Positions 48,787 through 58,366 of a stretch of 64,000 bases of DNA are shown piece after piece. Under the pieces are notes generated by a model. The model had not been told where the DNA came from, did no database searches, and worked only from the letters and a program-made list of their open reading frames with translations. The stretch is from a bacterium. Its GTDB lineage: Bacteria > Patescibacteriota > Minisyncoccia > Sungbacterales > HO2-52-23. The stretch spans positions 4,312-68,311 of the forward strand of contig JAUYPE010000002.1 in assembly GCA_030697705.1 (NCBI GenBank), read 5' to 3'. Made by a program: the position numbers and the translations under genes. Each line of letters opens with the position of its first letter. Position 1 is the stretch's first letter.

Positions 48787-48857
48787 GCCGGAGGGGAGGA
48801 TTGAACTCCCGACCTACGCGTTACGAATGCGTCGCTCTACCACTGAGCTACTCCGGC
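48787..48857 (-). tRNA. tRNA-Thr (anticodon CGU)
   Basis: Acceptor GCCGGAG/CUCCGGC, D-arm GCUC-AGUGGUA-GAGC, anticodon stem ACGCA/CGCGU (one A:C at 31-39) with loop UUCGUAA, T-arm GGGAG-UUCAAUC-CUCCC. Confidence 0.75.
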
Positions 48858-48887
48858 GTTAATTTTACCGTATACTCACTCCTACTA

Positions 48888-49505
48888 CTATACAATACCG
48901 TGGCCGGAAAGAAAGTCCTGCACGACGGCAAACAACTTCTCATGCCCGACGGCGTTGGGGTGAAGTCCGTCCTCCAAGTCCTTTTTCGCATCTATAACAC
49001 TCCATACCGGCACATAATGCACTCCCGCCAAAGCCGCGCATTTCTGCAGACCCGCATCATAGCGCTCAATATTCTTCTGCGCAAAGAAAATATCATCTTC
49101 AAACGGCATTGTTCGCGCGTCATCCACCGGTGTAAGCCCGACCACCACGATGTTTCTGGCAAGCCGCTTCGCCTCGGTAAGAATTTTTTTCATGTTCTCA
49201 ATGAACACGGCGTAGGGAACATGCGGCGTGCCGGCAGGGTCCCGATACCGCGCATCGTTAATACCCACGGCAAACATAATCACATGCGGCTCGCGCGCCA
49301 TCGCCTCGGTTGTGAGGCGGTGCAGAATATCGCGCGTGGTGTTGCCGGGAATCCCCAGATGATACACGAAAAAGTAGTCCTGAAAGCGCGAGGCGAGTGT
49401 GCGATCGTGCAAAAAAGACCGCAATCGATCCACCCATCCGCCAGATGCGTCCCACGCGCCGTAGGCAATACTGTCGCCGAAAATACAGATGTTCGTGGTG
49501 TTCAT
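48888..49505 (-). CDS. SGNH/GDSL-family hydrolase
   Basis: ICIFGDSIAYG (GDS block), GINDA, and DGLHPN (catalytic Asp/His block). Confidence 0.75.
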   Translation of the reverse strand: MNTTNICIFGDSIAYGAWDASGGWVDRLRSFLHDRTLASRFQDYFFVYHLGIPGNTTRDILHRLTTEAMAREPHVIMFAVGINDARYRDPAGTPHVPYAVFIENMKKILTEAKRLARNIVVVGLTPVDDARTMPFEDDIFFAQKNIERYDAGLQKCAALAGVHYVPVWSVIDAKKDLEDGLHPNAVGHEKLFAVVQDFLSGHGIV

Positions 49506-49617
49506 TGAAGGTAAAAACATCAAAAAAGCTCATAGGTACCGCCTGGAAATACCAGAAACACTATAGCACACGGAAAAAAATTGCGCGAGTCGCGGGAAGC
49601 GCAGTATACTAGCAGAA

Positions 49618-50013
49618 ATGGCTATGGTCTTTCTCATCCGCGACTATCTCCGCTGGCACTATACCGCCGCCGTGCGTGAGCTTTTGGGCATTCTAGGAAA
49701 TCTCCTCTGGTTTTTCGCCCACCTTTTTTCTCTCCGTCTGCTCCTCGCTACTCTCTTTTCACCATTTTATAGAATCCATGAGGATTATTTCAGTGTCGCT
49801 GATATTGAAAAAACGCTTGCCAGCATCGCCGCAAATCTCGTTTCCCGCGTTGTCGGATTTTTATTGAGGATTATCGTCATCGCTCTCGGCATTATTACGG
49901 AAGGCGTACTCATTGTACTCATCTTGCCGATTTTGCTTGTCTGGATTTTTCTGCCCGCTATTATCATTGGTTCTTTGGGACTGGGCATATTCGGATTGTT
50001 GCATAATCTATGA
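49618..50013 (+). CDS. small hydrophobic membrane protein (co-transcribed with Clp-like ATPase)
   Basis: 131 aa, 3-4 TM; stop overlaps the start of the next gene (ATGA). Confidence 0.45.
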   Translation: MAMVFLIRDYLRWHYTAAVRELLGILGNLLWFFAHLFSLRLLLATLFSPFYRIHEDYFSVADIEKTLASIAANLVSRVVGFLLRIIVIALGIITEGVLIVLILPILLVWIFLPAIIIGSLGLGIFGLLHNL

Positions 50014-52550
50014 AAACGCCTTTTTTGGATTTCAAAAAAAATAAATTCTTCGGAGCGCTCGTTCTTGAGCGTTATTTCCCGCGGCAATGGCGACGGACGA
50101 TTAGAGTGCTCGCGGATATTGGTCTCGTCATTGCCGTGCTCCTCGTCGGCTATAGTGCTGTCGCTTTTGCTGTCGCCCATCAGAAAGGTGTGGCTGTGGG
50201 CGGGATGCCCCCCTTTAGTGAGCTTCCTCCTTACAATGAGCTTGTTGGCACGGGAATACTTATATTTTCTCTCGGCATACGCCTCTGTATTCTTTCCCTC
50301 AACGCCTATATACGCTCGCTGACGCTTGAGAAAAAGGGGGATCCCACGGACAAGAATCTAGCCGGACGGATGGATTATTATGTCGCGACACTCGCCTATA
50401 CCGCCTCTCGCACGCGTGGAGGGGCGAGCGTTGCAACTATAGCCAAAGCGCTTCCCCGCACTGCCATTGGTCGCGAGTTTCTCAAACGACTCGGCATGAA
50501 CGCTCAAGAATATGCCGCGCGAACCGACATAAAAAAATCCGAGCGGCCAGCGTATCTTGAACCGCAAAAAACTTTCGCTAAACCCCCACTCCTTGCCGAC
50601 ACACTTCCTGCAAACGGCGAGATCACATTCGTGCATTGTGCCGACATCCTCTGGGAGCATGACGAATATTTTCAAAAGCTCTGTTTCGCACGCGGACTCA
50701 CCAAGGACGATGTTACGGGTACGGCGGAATGGGCTTCGGGCGCGGCGGACGAGCAGGACCGTGCGGCGCGGTGGTGGCGGCGCGAACGGTTGGCGCGAAT
50801 TCCGGGATTTGCCAAAGGATGGGCGTATGGCAGGACCTATCTCTTAGACCGGTTTGGTACCGAGCTTACTACAAATAATAATATGGCCGCCGAACGCATC
50901 ACTGGCAGAGAGAGCGAGGTTGAAAAAATTGAAACGGCTCTGCTCAAACGATCGGGGGCGAATGCGCTCATCATCGGCGAGCCGGGAGCCGGAAGGCATG
51001 CCATTATCGCCGCGTTCGCGGAGCACATGCGCGAGGGGCGCGTCCATCCCGCGCTTGAGCATAAGCGCATTATTGAACTTCAGTTCTCAACCGTAACGGG
51101 CGCAGGAAAAACCAAAGGCGAAACGGAATCACTCCTCATCACACTCTTCAATGAAGCCGTGCGGGCGGGTAATATTATTCTCTTGATAAGCGACCTGCCC
51201 GCATTTGTATCCTCCCTTGGAGCACTCGGCATCGGCGCGGGTACGCTTCTGGCACCCTACCTAGAACATTCCGGTTTGCATCTTATCGCCACAGCAGACA
51301 CCGCGCGCTTCCGCCAAGTACTGGAAAGCGATGCAGGACTCATGAAATACTTTGAACGCGTAGAGCTCACCGAGCCGGACCCGCACCGCCTCCTCGCTAT
51401 TCTTGAGGACCACGCGCTCGTACTTGAAACAACATACCGCAACCGCATCATCATCACTTATTCCACGCTCATTAAAGCAGTTGACGGAGCAGTCAATCAT
51501 ATTGTCATCGGCGCACTTCCCCAGCGCGCGATTCAACTTCTGGAAGAGGCGACGGCACACGCGGTTGCGTCACATGCGCCTTTTCTCATACCTGAACACA
51601 TCAACGCCATTGTTTTACAAAAAACAAACATGCCTTCGGGCGCCATTGGCAAGGAAGAACAAGGCGCACTGCTTGATATGGAAGAACGACTCTGCACGCG
51701 CGTCATCGGACAAGACGAGGCAACGGCGGCGATTGCCGACACGATTCGCCGCGCGCGTACCGGCATCCGCAATCCAAGCCGCCCCATCGGCTCATTTCTT
51801 TTTCTCGGACCCACAGGTGTCGGAAAAACAGAAACGGCGAAGGCATTAGCCGCCGTGTATTTTGGCAACGAGGAGGCGATGCTACGCTTTGATATGAGCG
51901 AGTATGCGACCCAAGCGCAGGCCAAACAGCTCCTCGGCTCATTCGCCAAGGGCGAGCCGGGGTTACTCGCAAGCCGCATCCGCCGCGCGCCCTACGCCGT
52001 CCTGCTTTTGGACGAGTTTGAAAAATCGCACTCCGATGTGCGCAATATATTCCTGCAAATTCTTGATGAGGGCTTCTTTTCCGACCATTTGGGGAAGCAT
52101 GTCAATCTCCGCAACGCCATCATCATCGCTACCTCAAACGCCGGCGCGCTTGAGATTTTGGAGCTCGTTCAAAAAGGAGGCGATCCGGTAGCCGCGCGCG
52201 AGACGCTTATCGCCCATATTGAACAAAAAGGCATTTTCTCGCCGGAACTTTTGAATCGGTTTGATTCACTCGTGATCTTCCGCCCGCTTGATGAGAATGC
52301 GCGACGCGCCGTGGCAAAACTACTGCTGGAAAAATTGGTGGCGCGGCTTAAACGGCAAAATTATCTCCTCACAATTACGCCTGAACTCATTGATACGGTC
52401 GCAACGCGCGGCTACCATCCGGAGCTCGGTGCGCGCCCCATGCAAAGATTCATTCAAGACAAGATAGAAAAAACAATCGCCAACCGCATGATCAAAGGTG
52501 AGCTCACTTTCGGCACCCCCTTCTCCCTCTCCCCTGCCGATATCGCGTAA
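50010..52550 (+). CDS. membrane-anchored Clp-like AAA+ ATPase with degenerate D1 and intact D2
   Basis: N-terminal TMs; two Clp_N-like repeats. D1 Walker A GEPGAGRHAII (K->R, T->H) and Walker B ILLISDLP (DE->SD) are inactivated. D2 has [25 protein letters not shown], sensor-2 GARPMQR. No IGF/IGL ClpP loop and no long M-domain. Confidence 0.7.
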   Translation: MKTPFLDFKKNKFFGALVLERYFPRQWRRTIRVLADIGLVIAVLLVGYSAVAFAVAHQKGVAVGGMPPFSELPPYNELVGTGILIFSLGIRLCILSLNAYIRSLTLEKKGDPTDKNLAGRMDYYVATLAYTASRTRGGASVATIAKALPRTAIGREFLKRLGMNAQEYAARTDIKKSERPAYLEPQKTFAKPPLLADTLPANGEITFVHCADILWEHDEYFQKLCFARGLTKDDVTGTAEWASGAADEQDRAARWWRRERLARIPGFAKGWAYGRTYLLDRFGTELTTNNNMAAERITGRESEVEKIETALLKRSGANALIIGEPGAGRHAIIAAFAEHMREGRVHPALEHKRIIELQFSTVTGAGKTKGETESLLITLFNEAVRAGNIILLISDLPAFVSSLGALGIGAGTLLAPYLEHSGLHLIATADTARFRQVLESDAGLMKYFERVELTEPDPHRLLAILEDHALVLETTYRNRIIITYSTLIKAVDGAVNHIVIGALPQRAIQLLEEATAHAVASHAPFLIPEHINAIVLQKTNMPSGAIGKEEQGALLDMEERLCTRVIGQDEATAAIADTIRRARTGIRNPSRPIGSFLFLGPTGVGKTETAKALAAVYFGNEEAMLRFDMSEYATQAQAKQLLGSFAKGEPGLLASRIRRAPYAVLLLDEFEKSHSDVRNIFLQILDEGFFSDHLGKHVNLRNAIIIATSNAGALEILELVQKGGDPVAARETLIAHIEQKGIFSPELLNRFDSLVIFRPLDENARRAVAKLLLEKLVARLKRQNYLLTITPELIDTVATRGYHPELGARPMQRFIQDKIEKTIANRMIKGELTFGTPFSLSPADIA

Positions 52551-52599
52551 AAAAGCGGGAAGACCATGCGTCTTCCCGCTGATATGCCTGAACACAAAT

Positions 52600-52836
52600 C
52601 TAAGGATCTCGTTCTTTTTGTTGTTCTTTTTCTTCTTTCAGCTCACGGAAGGCAGGAAGATCAAGGAGATGATTGAGGATCATTCTATAAATTTCTCCTT
52701 GACTAACCTCCTCACTGATTTCCTCTTCTGAAGCTTCAGATTCTTCCGTATCCCCTTCATCCTCCTCTTGAAAGAAAGGAAGCTCAAGGATTTCGGAGAC
52801 GAACGGGGGGAGCTTCTTATCGTTCAACTCGCACAT
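52600..52836 (-). CDS. hypothetical small acidic protein
   Basis: 78-aa ORF rich in Glu/Asp; uncertain. Confidence 0.25.
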   Translation of the reverse strand: MCELNDKKLPPFVSEILELPFFQEEDEGDTEESEASEEEISEEVSQGEIYRMILNHLLDLPAFRELKEEKEQQKERDP

Positions 52837-52904
52837 GGTACCCTCCTTTACCTCTGTTGATTCTTGGAGACACGATAGCGTTTTCTGGTGATTCTGTCAA
52901 AAAC

Positions 52905-54287
52905 CTATTCTGCCTTCAATGCCGATTCGGTATATACATTAGAAGCATTCCAGAGAAGCCAGCCATGACCCGATGACTTCTCCGCCGCATCCGCCTGCAG
53001 TCGGACTTTGAGCTCGCCTGACGGCCTGCCCGCAACACGATCCGCCTCATGAAAAAAGTCCTCCAGCCACGGTCGCAACCGAGCGTGGCGGGGCGTCGTT
53101 GAACTTACTCCCACCGCGGGAACCGTTGAGCTCGCCGCCACCGCGACAGATGAGGATGCTGTGCGCTTATTCAGCAAGTCCTCCGCAAAAAACATAGCCC
53201 GTTCAACGAGTATTCCGGGATTTGTCCGCGCCTGATTCACATTCCAATTGATTGCCGGAAGTTTCCGCACGGGATCGGGCGGCAAGACAAGCCCGCTGTA
53301 GTAGTGCGACGGATACACCATAAGCGAGACGAAATCAAAATTATCCCCCACATCTTCCAATCGCTGACCGATACCCACATCGCTCCCACTCGTTGCGACA
53401 TAACCAAACAAGTCGGCCGAGAGGATCAGCTCCGGCTTGTACGCCTTAAGATTGTCGTGCAGAAACTCAAAAAAACTTTTCATCACAACATATTTGGGCG
53501 TCTTTCCATCCCATGCGGGATACATCGCCTTGGCAACATCGCCGTCCGAGGGAAAGCGCACATAATCAAACTGAACTTCGTCAAACCCGAGATCCGCCAT
53601 TTTTTTTGCCAACGCGAGAATATACTGCCGCGCGCCCGGGGACGCCGGATCCATCCAGTAGCCACCTTTATTATCCTGCCAGAGCGGTATGGACGGCGTA
53701 ACTCCCGCGGGAGCTGGAACGCGTAGATATTTCTTCCGGGCGCATCCCGCATTGGGAATCGCTTTGGCGGACGCGTGCTTGAGGTACCATTCCGGATGCG
53801 CATTGATCTGCGAGGCATCTTTGAACGCCACAATGCGCGCAATCGCCCAAATGTTTTTTTGGTGCAACTCGGTGAGCAGACTACCCAAATGTTTTTCGTT
53901 GTAGTCGGGACCACATACCTCTTTGACATCAACGACGATGGCATTGATCTCCGTCTTTTCGGCAAGCGCAATGATATTATTCCGCAAACCGATCGCGCCA
54001 CGCCCCTGATCGTTCGCGACATCAGCGGTCATATAGAGCCCCTTGATATTCGCCGCGCGCATCTCGGCTTCTCGCATCCGCTCCGCAAGAGGTTTTTCTT
54101 CTTTTTGTGGCGCGAGAGCCACCCCGTGTGACAAGGACGTTGAGCTTGCTATTGATCCCACCATACCCGCAATTTCTCGCGACATTCCCCCACGCCAAAC
54201 AAGCCCGCCCAGAGCGGCAAGAGTGATGACGAGCGATCCTCCTAGGATCAAGTATTTTTTAGCAAAGCGAGAAAACCAAACAAACAT
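52905..54287 (-). CDS. putative glycoside-hydrolase-like protein (GHL/DUF4015-type TIM barrel), membrane anchored
   Basis: N-terminal TM; ...AIVVDVKEVCGPDYNEKHL..., ...GGYWMDPASPGARQYIL..., DEVQFDYVRFPSDGD consistent with the GH-like hypothetical family; assignment tentative. Confidence 0.45.
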   Translation of the reverse strand: MFVWFSRFAKKYLILGGSLVITLAALGGLVWRGGMSREIAGMVGSIASSTSLSHGVALAPQKEEKPLAERMREAEMRAANIKGLYMTADVANDQGRGAIGLRNNIIALAEKTEINAIVVDVKEVCGPDYNEKHLGSLLTELHQKNIWAIARIVAFKDASQINAHPEWYLKHASAKAIPNAGCARKKYLRVPAPAGVTPSIPLWQDNKGGYWMDPASPGARQYILALAKKMADLGFDEVQFDYVRFPSDGDVAKAMYPAWDGKTPKYVVMKSFFEFLHDNLKAYKPELILSADLFGYVATSGSDVGIGQRLEDVGDNFDFVSLMVYPSHYYSGLVLPPDPVRKLPAINWNVNQARTNPGILVERAMFFAEDLLNKRTASSSVAVAASSTVPAVGVSSTTPRHARLRPWLEDFFHEADRVAGRPSGELKVRLQADAAEKSSGHGWLLWNASNVYTESALKAE

Positions 54288-54508
54288 AGTCCGAGTGTAG
54301 CATCTGCCGCGTACTGTTTCTAGAGCGAGACTTTTCCAGCAGGAAAATATCCGTGACTTGGGAAGGAATCTTCCGCTTGCTCCGCTATTTTCTTTTGGCG
54401 ATTTTCGGGCGGGCAGTTATCTTTTTTCTAATCTTTTTACTCTTTCTTCCACCAGCGAACATTCCAGCGAAATAAGCCATCTGCGCGAGGTATGTAACCG
54501 ACCGTTAT

Positions 54509-57298
54509 CTACTTTAATTGTTTAAGAATATCTCCCAGTCGCCGCTGTGCCTCGCCGTAGCGTGTCCAATCACCATCCCTTTGCGCTCGGAGCGCCTCTT
54601 CATATGCGGCGACTGCTCTTCGTATGCGCTCCTGAACATCTTGAGTGGGCGCCACTTGCGGTCTCGCTGTCTGGGACCCCTCTGATCTTATTCCTGTTCC
54701 GCCACCAAAGATTCTCATTAACCCCTCCTCCAGCGTCTCTTCCATGGCAATTTTATTTTCATACGCCACAACCACTCGTTTTAACTCCGGAATTTTTCCG
54801 GCCTCAGCTTTGAGATAGAGCGGGCGCACATACAGAAGAGATTCTTCAATCGGGATAACCAAAAGCGGACCTTGAATTACTTGCGACCCGCCTTGACTCC
54901 AAAGCGAGATCTGCTGGCTAATCTCGGGGTCTTGGTTAATTCTACCTATAATTTGTTTAGGTCCGAACACGAGCTTATCTTTAGGAAAACGATAGACCAA
55001 CAATTTACCGTAGCTTTCCCCATCGTTACGGGCGACCATCCAAGAGGACAAATTGTCTTTTGCGCGGGGAGTAAAAGGCAACATCAAAACATATTCCTCT
55101 TTTTTCTCTCCCGGCAACTTCATAATAATATGCCGCGGTTGCATCGGCGGAATCGCGCCTGTGCGGGATGCCCCCTCACCCTCTGCCGCAATGGCCGGAA
55201 TTTCCCACTGGTCTTCTTTGTTGTAAAAAATCTGCGGATCGTCCATGTGGTAGACCGAATACGCGGCAGTCTGCAGGGTGAAGATATCTTCGGGATAGCG
55301 CAAATGGGAAACGAGACTTTTTGGCATCTCCGAAAGCGGCCGGAATGTTCCGGGGAAAATCTTAGCGTATGTTTTTATTATCGGATCCTCTCTATCCGCC
55401 TGATAGAAGACGACACTGCCACTATACGCATCAACCACTACTTTGACCGAGTTTCTGATGTAGTTTATATTTCCGCCGTTTAACCGTATCAGTTCCGAGT
55501 AAGGATAACGATCGCTCGTGGTATACGCATCGGCGATCCAATACACCTTGCCGTCGGCAATGACGATATAGGGGTCTCGGTCAAAGGTCAAAAACGGCGC
55601 GATCTTGGCGACCCTTTCGGCAATGGTGCGGTAATACAGAATACGGCTCTCGCTGGTTATGTCATTGGACAAAAGCAGTTTAAGCGACTGGAATTTCACT
55701 GCGTAAAAGACGCGCCTTAAAAACGAGTTTATCGCCACTCCGCCTTTGCCTTCATATGTTGCGTAGACATTTTCTTCACCCTTGGGATAATCAAACTCAC
55801 GGGACTTTGTTTTGACGATAACATAGTCATTTGAAAGTTCACCAAAGTAGATTTCCGGGCGCGAAATTTCAAGCTCTTTCATATTTGCCTTTGGCGGCAA
55901 ATCCTTAACGAACAAAACCGGCAAACCTTCGGGAGTAACTTGATTCACCGGTCCGGCCGCCACACCGTATCCATGCGTAAATGTCAGCCGTTCGTTAATC
56001 CAATTTCTATTCGGGAGACTCTCTGAAGCCAACTCCCGCGGAGAGAGCATGATCTGGCGAATCTCGCCATCTATGATATAGCGATCGTTATCAACTTCGG
56101 CAAATTCGTAATAGGTTCTGATTTCTTGTATCTGGGAAAACGTTGATAAAAGGGGTTTTCTATCCCACAGCCGCACATTTTTGACCGTGAGATTATTGTT
56201 CCCGATATCAGACGCGGTGAGCGGCTTATCTCCGGAGATTTCCCGTTCCTCAATTTTATCAAGCGCAAACCCCTGCCGAGTGGCGGCAATATTATACTTA
56301 ATAAATGGCGTTTCCTTCACGAGTTCATTGGGAGCAACTACGAGTTTTTGGACAAGGGACGGGATCACCGCTCCGACGAATCCCACGACAACATACAAAG
56401 AAACTGCTCCGATAAGCGGCGCCAATTTTCCTTTCCACGCCCAAAAGGCAGCCGAAACTGCCGCGAGTGCTGCCGCAGTTATTGAAATCCACAGCATGAA
56501 TATTCTCACGGTTGCGTCTGTGTATGTCGCGCCAAATACTAAACCGCTCTGACTCGTCAGGAGTGCAAAGCGGGAAAGATAGACTCCGGCGACAATGGTT
56601 GAGAGAAAAATGGCGAGCAGGATACCAAGATGAATTCTTGCCCCGTTAGAAGTAAAGAGACGACTGCTGATACGTAAACGCATCGGACTTCTAACGGGGC
56701 GAGCCGCGCTTTCTGTCTGCTCGGGTAGACCTCCGAACTGAAGACTGCCTCGCAAAAAATATATAATCGCGGAACCGGCAAGCGATAACAGAACAAGAAA
56801 TTTTATCAACCCCAATCCTATTTGAAAGACTGGGAGAGAGAACAGATAAAAGCCGACATCTTTACCGAAGATAGGATCTGCTGTGCCGAAAGCCACACCT
56901 GAAATAAATTTTAAGACCTCCTGCCAATTGGCTGCTGTCACGAGTCCGAAAAAAACCGCGATTACTACACTCAACACAACGGCTAATTTTTTAACAATGC
57001 GACTGTCCACATTCACTACCTGTTGACCAGTTAAGGCCGCCGGTAAAACCGGCATCCAAGAGATTTTTGAGCGGAGCGCCACGGAGAAGTTGATGAGCAA
57101 AAAAACCGCGGCAAAAATTCCCGCTGATGAAAACAATGCTATTTTAGCGATGAGAGATTTAAAAAAGATTTGAGTGTGGCCAACCTCGGAAAACCACCAC
57201 CAGTCAGTAACAAAGCCAACAATACCTGAAAAAAGGAAAAAGATAACAAAAAGCCCGATAAAGAAAAATCGTGTAAGATACTTTGGGATAGCAGTCAT
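54509..57298 (-). CDS. UPF0182-family large membrane protein
   Basis: N-terminal multi-TM region with WWWF motif (FVTDWWWFSEVGHTQIFF), ~930 aa. Start taken at MTAIPKY; the ORF-track frame extends to 57409. Confidence 0.7.
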   Translation of the reverse strand: MTAIPKYLTRFFFIGLFVIFFLFSGIVGFVTDWWWFSEVGHTQIFFKSLIAKIALFSSAGIFAAVFLLINFSVALRSKISWMPVLPAALTGQQVVNVDSRIVKKLAVVLSVVIAVFFGLVTAANWQEVLKFISGVAFGTADPIFGKDVGFYLFSLPVFQIGLGLIKFLVLLSLAGSAIIYFLRGSLQFGGLPEQTESAARPVRSPMRLRISSRLFTSNGARIHLGILLAIFLSTIVAGVYLSRFALLTSQSGLVFGATYTDATVRIFMLWISITAAALAAVSAAFWAWKGKLAPLIGAVSLYVVVGFVGAVIPSLVQKLVVAPNELVKETPFIKYNIAATRQGFALDKIEEREISGDKPLTASDIGNNNLTVKNVRLWDRKPLLSTFSQIQEIRTYYEFAEVDNDRYIIDGEIRQIMLSPRELASESLPNRNWINERLTFTHGYGVAAGPVNQVTPEGLPVLFVKDLPPKANMKELEISRPEIYFGELSNDYVIVKTKSREFDYPKGEENVYATYEGKGGVAINSFLRRVFYAVKFQSLKLLLSNDITSESRILYYRTIAERVAKIAPFLTFDRDPYIVIADGKVYWIADAYTTSDRYPYSELIRLNGGNINYIRNSVKVVVDAYSGSVVFYQADREDPIIKTYAKIFPGTFRPLSEMPKSLVSHLRYPEDIFTLQTAAYSVYHMDDPQIFYNKEDQWEIPAIAAEGEGASRTGAIPPMQPRHIIMKLPGEKKEEYVLMLPFTPRAKDNLSSWMVARNDGESYGKLLVYRFPKDKLVFGPKQIIGRINQDPEISQQISLWSQGGSQVIQGPLLVIPIEESLLYVRPLYLKAEAGKIPELKRVVVAYENKIAMEETLEEGLMRIFGGGTGIRSEGSQTARPQVAPTQDVQERIRRAVAAYEEALRAQRDGDWTRYGEAQRRLGDILKQLK

Positions 57299-57461
57299 AC
57301 TATTGGTCAATAATAGCACTATTTCTTTGACATAGCCACAAGTCGCGCGCTCCAGAAACTTATGCCGAGAAAACGTGCGACAAAAAATGAATCTCCCCGA
57401 TGCAAGCATCGGGGTAAGTAATGAATATATAAAATGATTTTTTTAGGAATCAAGATATTTT

Positions 57462-57587
57462 TTACCTTTTTCTTTTCTTTGTTTCTAGCGCGCGAATTTC
57501 TTTTTCGTCAAAACCCAAGTGATGGCCGACTTCGTGCCGCACTACCTCATAAATCAATTTAATTACACAAGATTCCAAAATATTACA
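57462..57587 (-). pseudogene. C-terminal fragment of a small zincin-like metallopeptidase (HExxH)
   Basis: Hand translation ...LIYEVVRHEVGHHLGFDEKEIRALETKKRKR* right after the stop of 57583-58164; no ATG; resembles the tail of DUF1025-type minimal metallopeptidases. Confidence 0.3.
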
Positions 57588-58164
57588 TCAGTCCTTTGGC
57601 GAATAAGCCGATAGCCAGTATCCCCAGAAAATTAAGTGCAAATGATATCGGTATAAATACTGATGTTTTCATTTTTGAGAGTCCCATCATTGCAAGGCCA
57701 GCTTCGTCCGGTAAAGGAGATGCGATGATTAAGGCGCCGATAAACGGGATGAGCCATTTAAAAAGCTTCGGGCGAAAAATGGAAACCAACCTCTCTTGTT
57801 TAGTCTTTCGCATGAGCCAGTGAATATCTTCTGAAATACTGTCTTTGATGAAACGAAAAATGAGGAGATCGCCGATGAGCGCGCCGATTCCGCCAAATAA
57901 TGCCACTTCCCCTATTGAATTGGCGGCCGCTATTTCAAAGAGTACTACACTGGCTGGCGCCGCGGTAAATATCGATACAAAAAATATGCCAGCAATAAGA
58001 CTTCCCAGCAGTTCCCATTCCTGCGTGCTCGTCAGAATTTCCGCCAAAGCGCCGGTTTTTGCCAGAATGACGGCAATAACAATACTCAGAGCCACGACCC
58101 CCAAATCTCGCATTACATTATTTTTCTCATTTTGTGTATTCATCTCCGTGGTATTATTTTTCAT
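57583..58164 (-). CDS. hypothetical membrane protein
   Basis: 193 aa, several TM segments; no family recognised. Confidence 0.4.
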   Translation of the reverse strand: MKNNTTEMNTQNEKNNVMRDLGVVALSIVIAVILAKTGALAEILTSTQEWELLGSLIAGIFFVSIFTAAPASVVLFEIAAANSIGEVALFGGIGALIGDLLIFRFIKDSISEDIHWLMRKTKQERLVSIFRPKLFKWLIPFIGALIIASPLPDEAGLAMMGLSKMKTSVFIPISFALNFLGILAIGLFAKGLM

Positions 58165-58180
58165 ACTTATCTGTATCTTT

Positions 58181-58339
58181 AGACCTACTGCGTAATAATT
58201 TTCGTCATGAGATTTTCAAATTGTAGGCGAGGCGAAGGAAAAATTATGAAGCATATACAGCGTATATGTTGAATAATTTTTACCAAGCCGTAGCCAGAAT
58301 TTGGAAATCGGAATAGGAAGGTTATTACGCAGTAGGTCT
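58181..58339. repeat. perfect 18-bp inverted repeat (agacctactgcgtaataa / ttattacgcagtaggtct) with 123-bp spacer
   Basis: Arms at 58181-58198 and 58322-58339; lies between the P-type ATPase stop and the next gene's start (left arm 17 nt from the ATG). Confidence 0.7.
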
Positions 58340-58366
58340 CTTGTACTTATCCGGCAATCCCCACTG

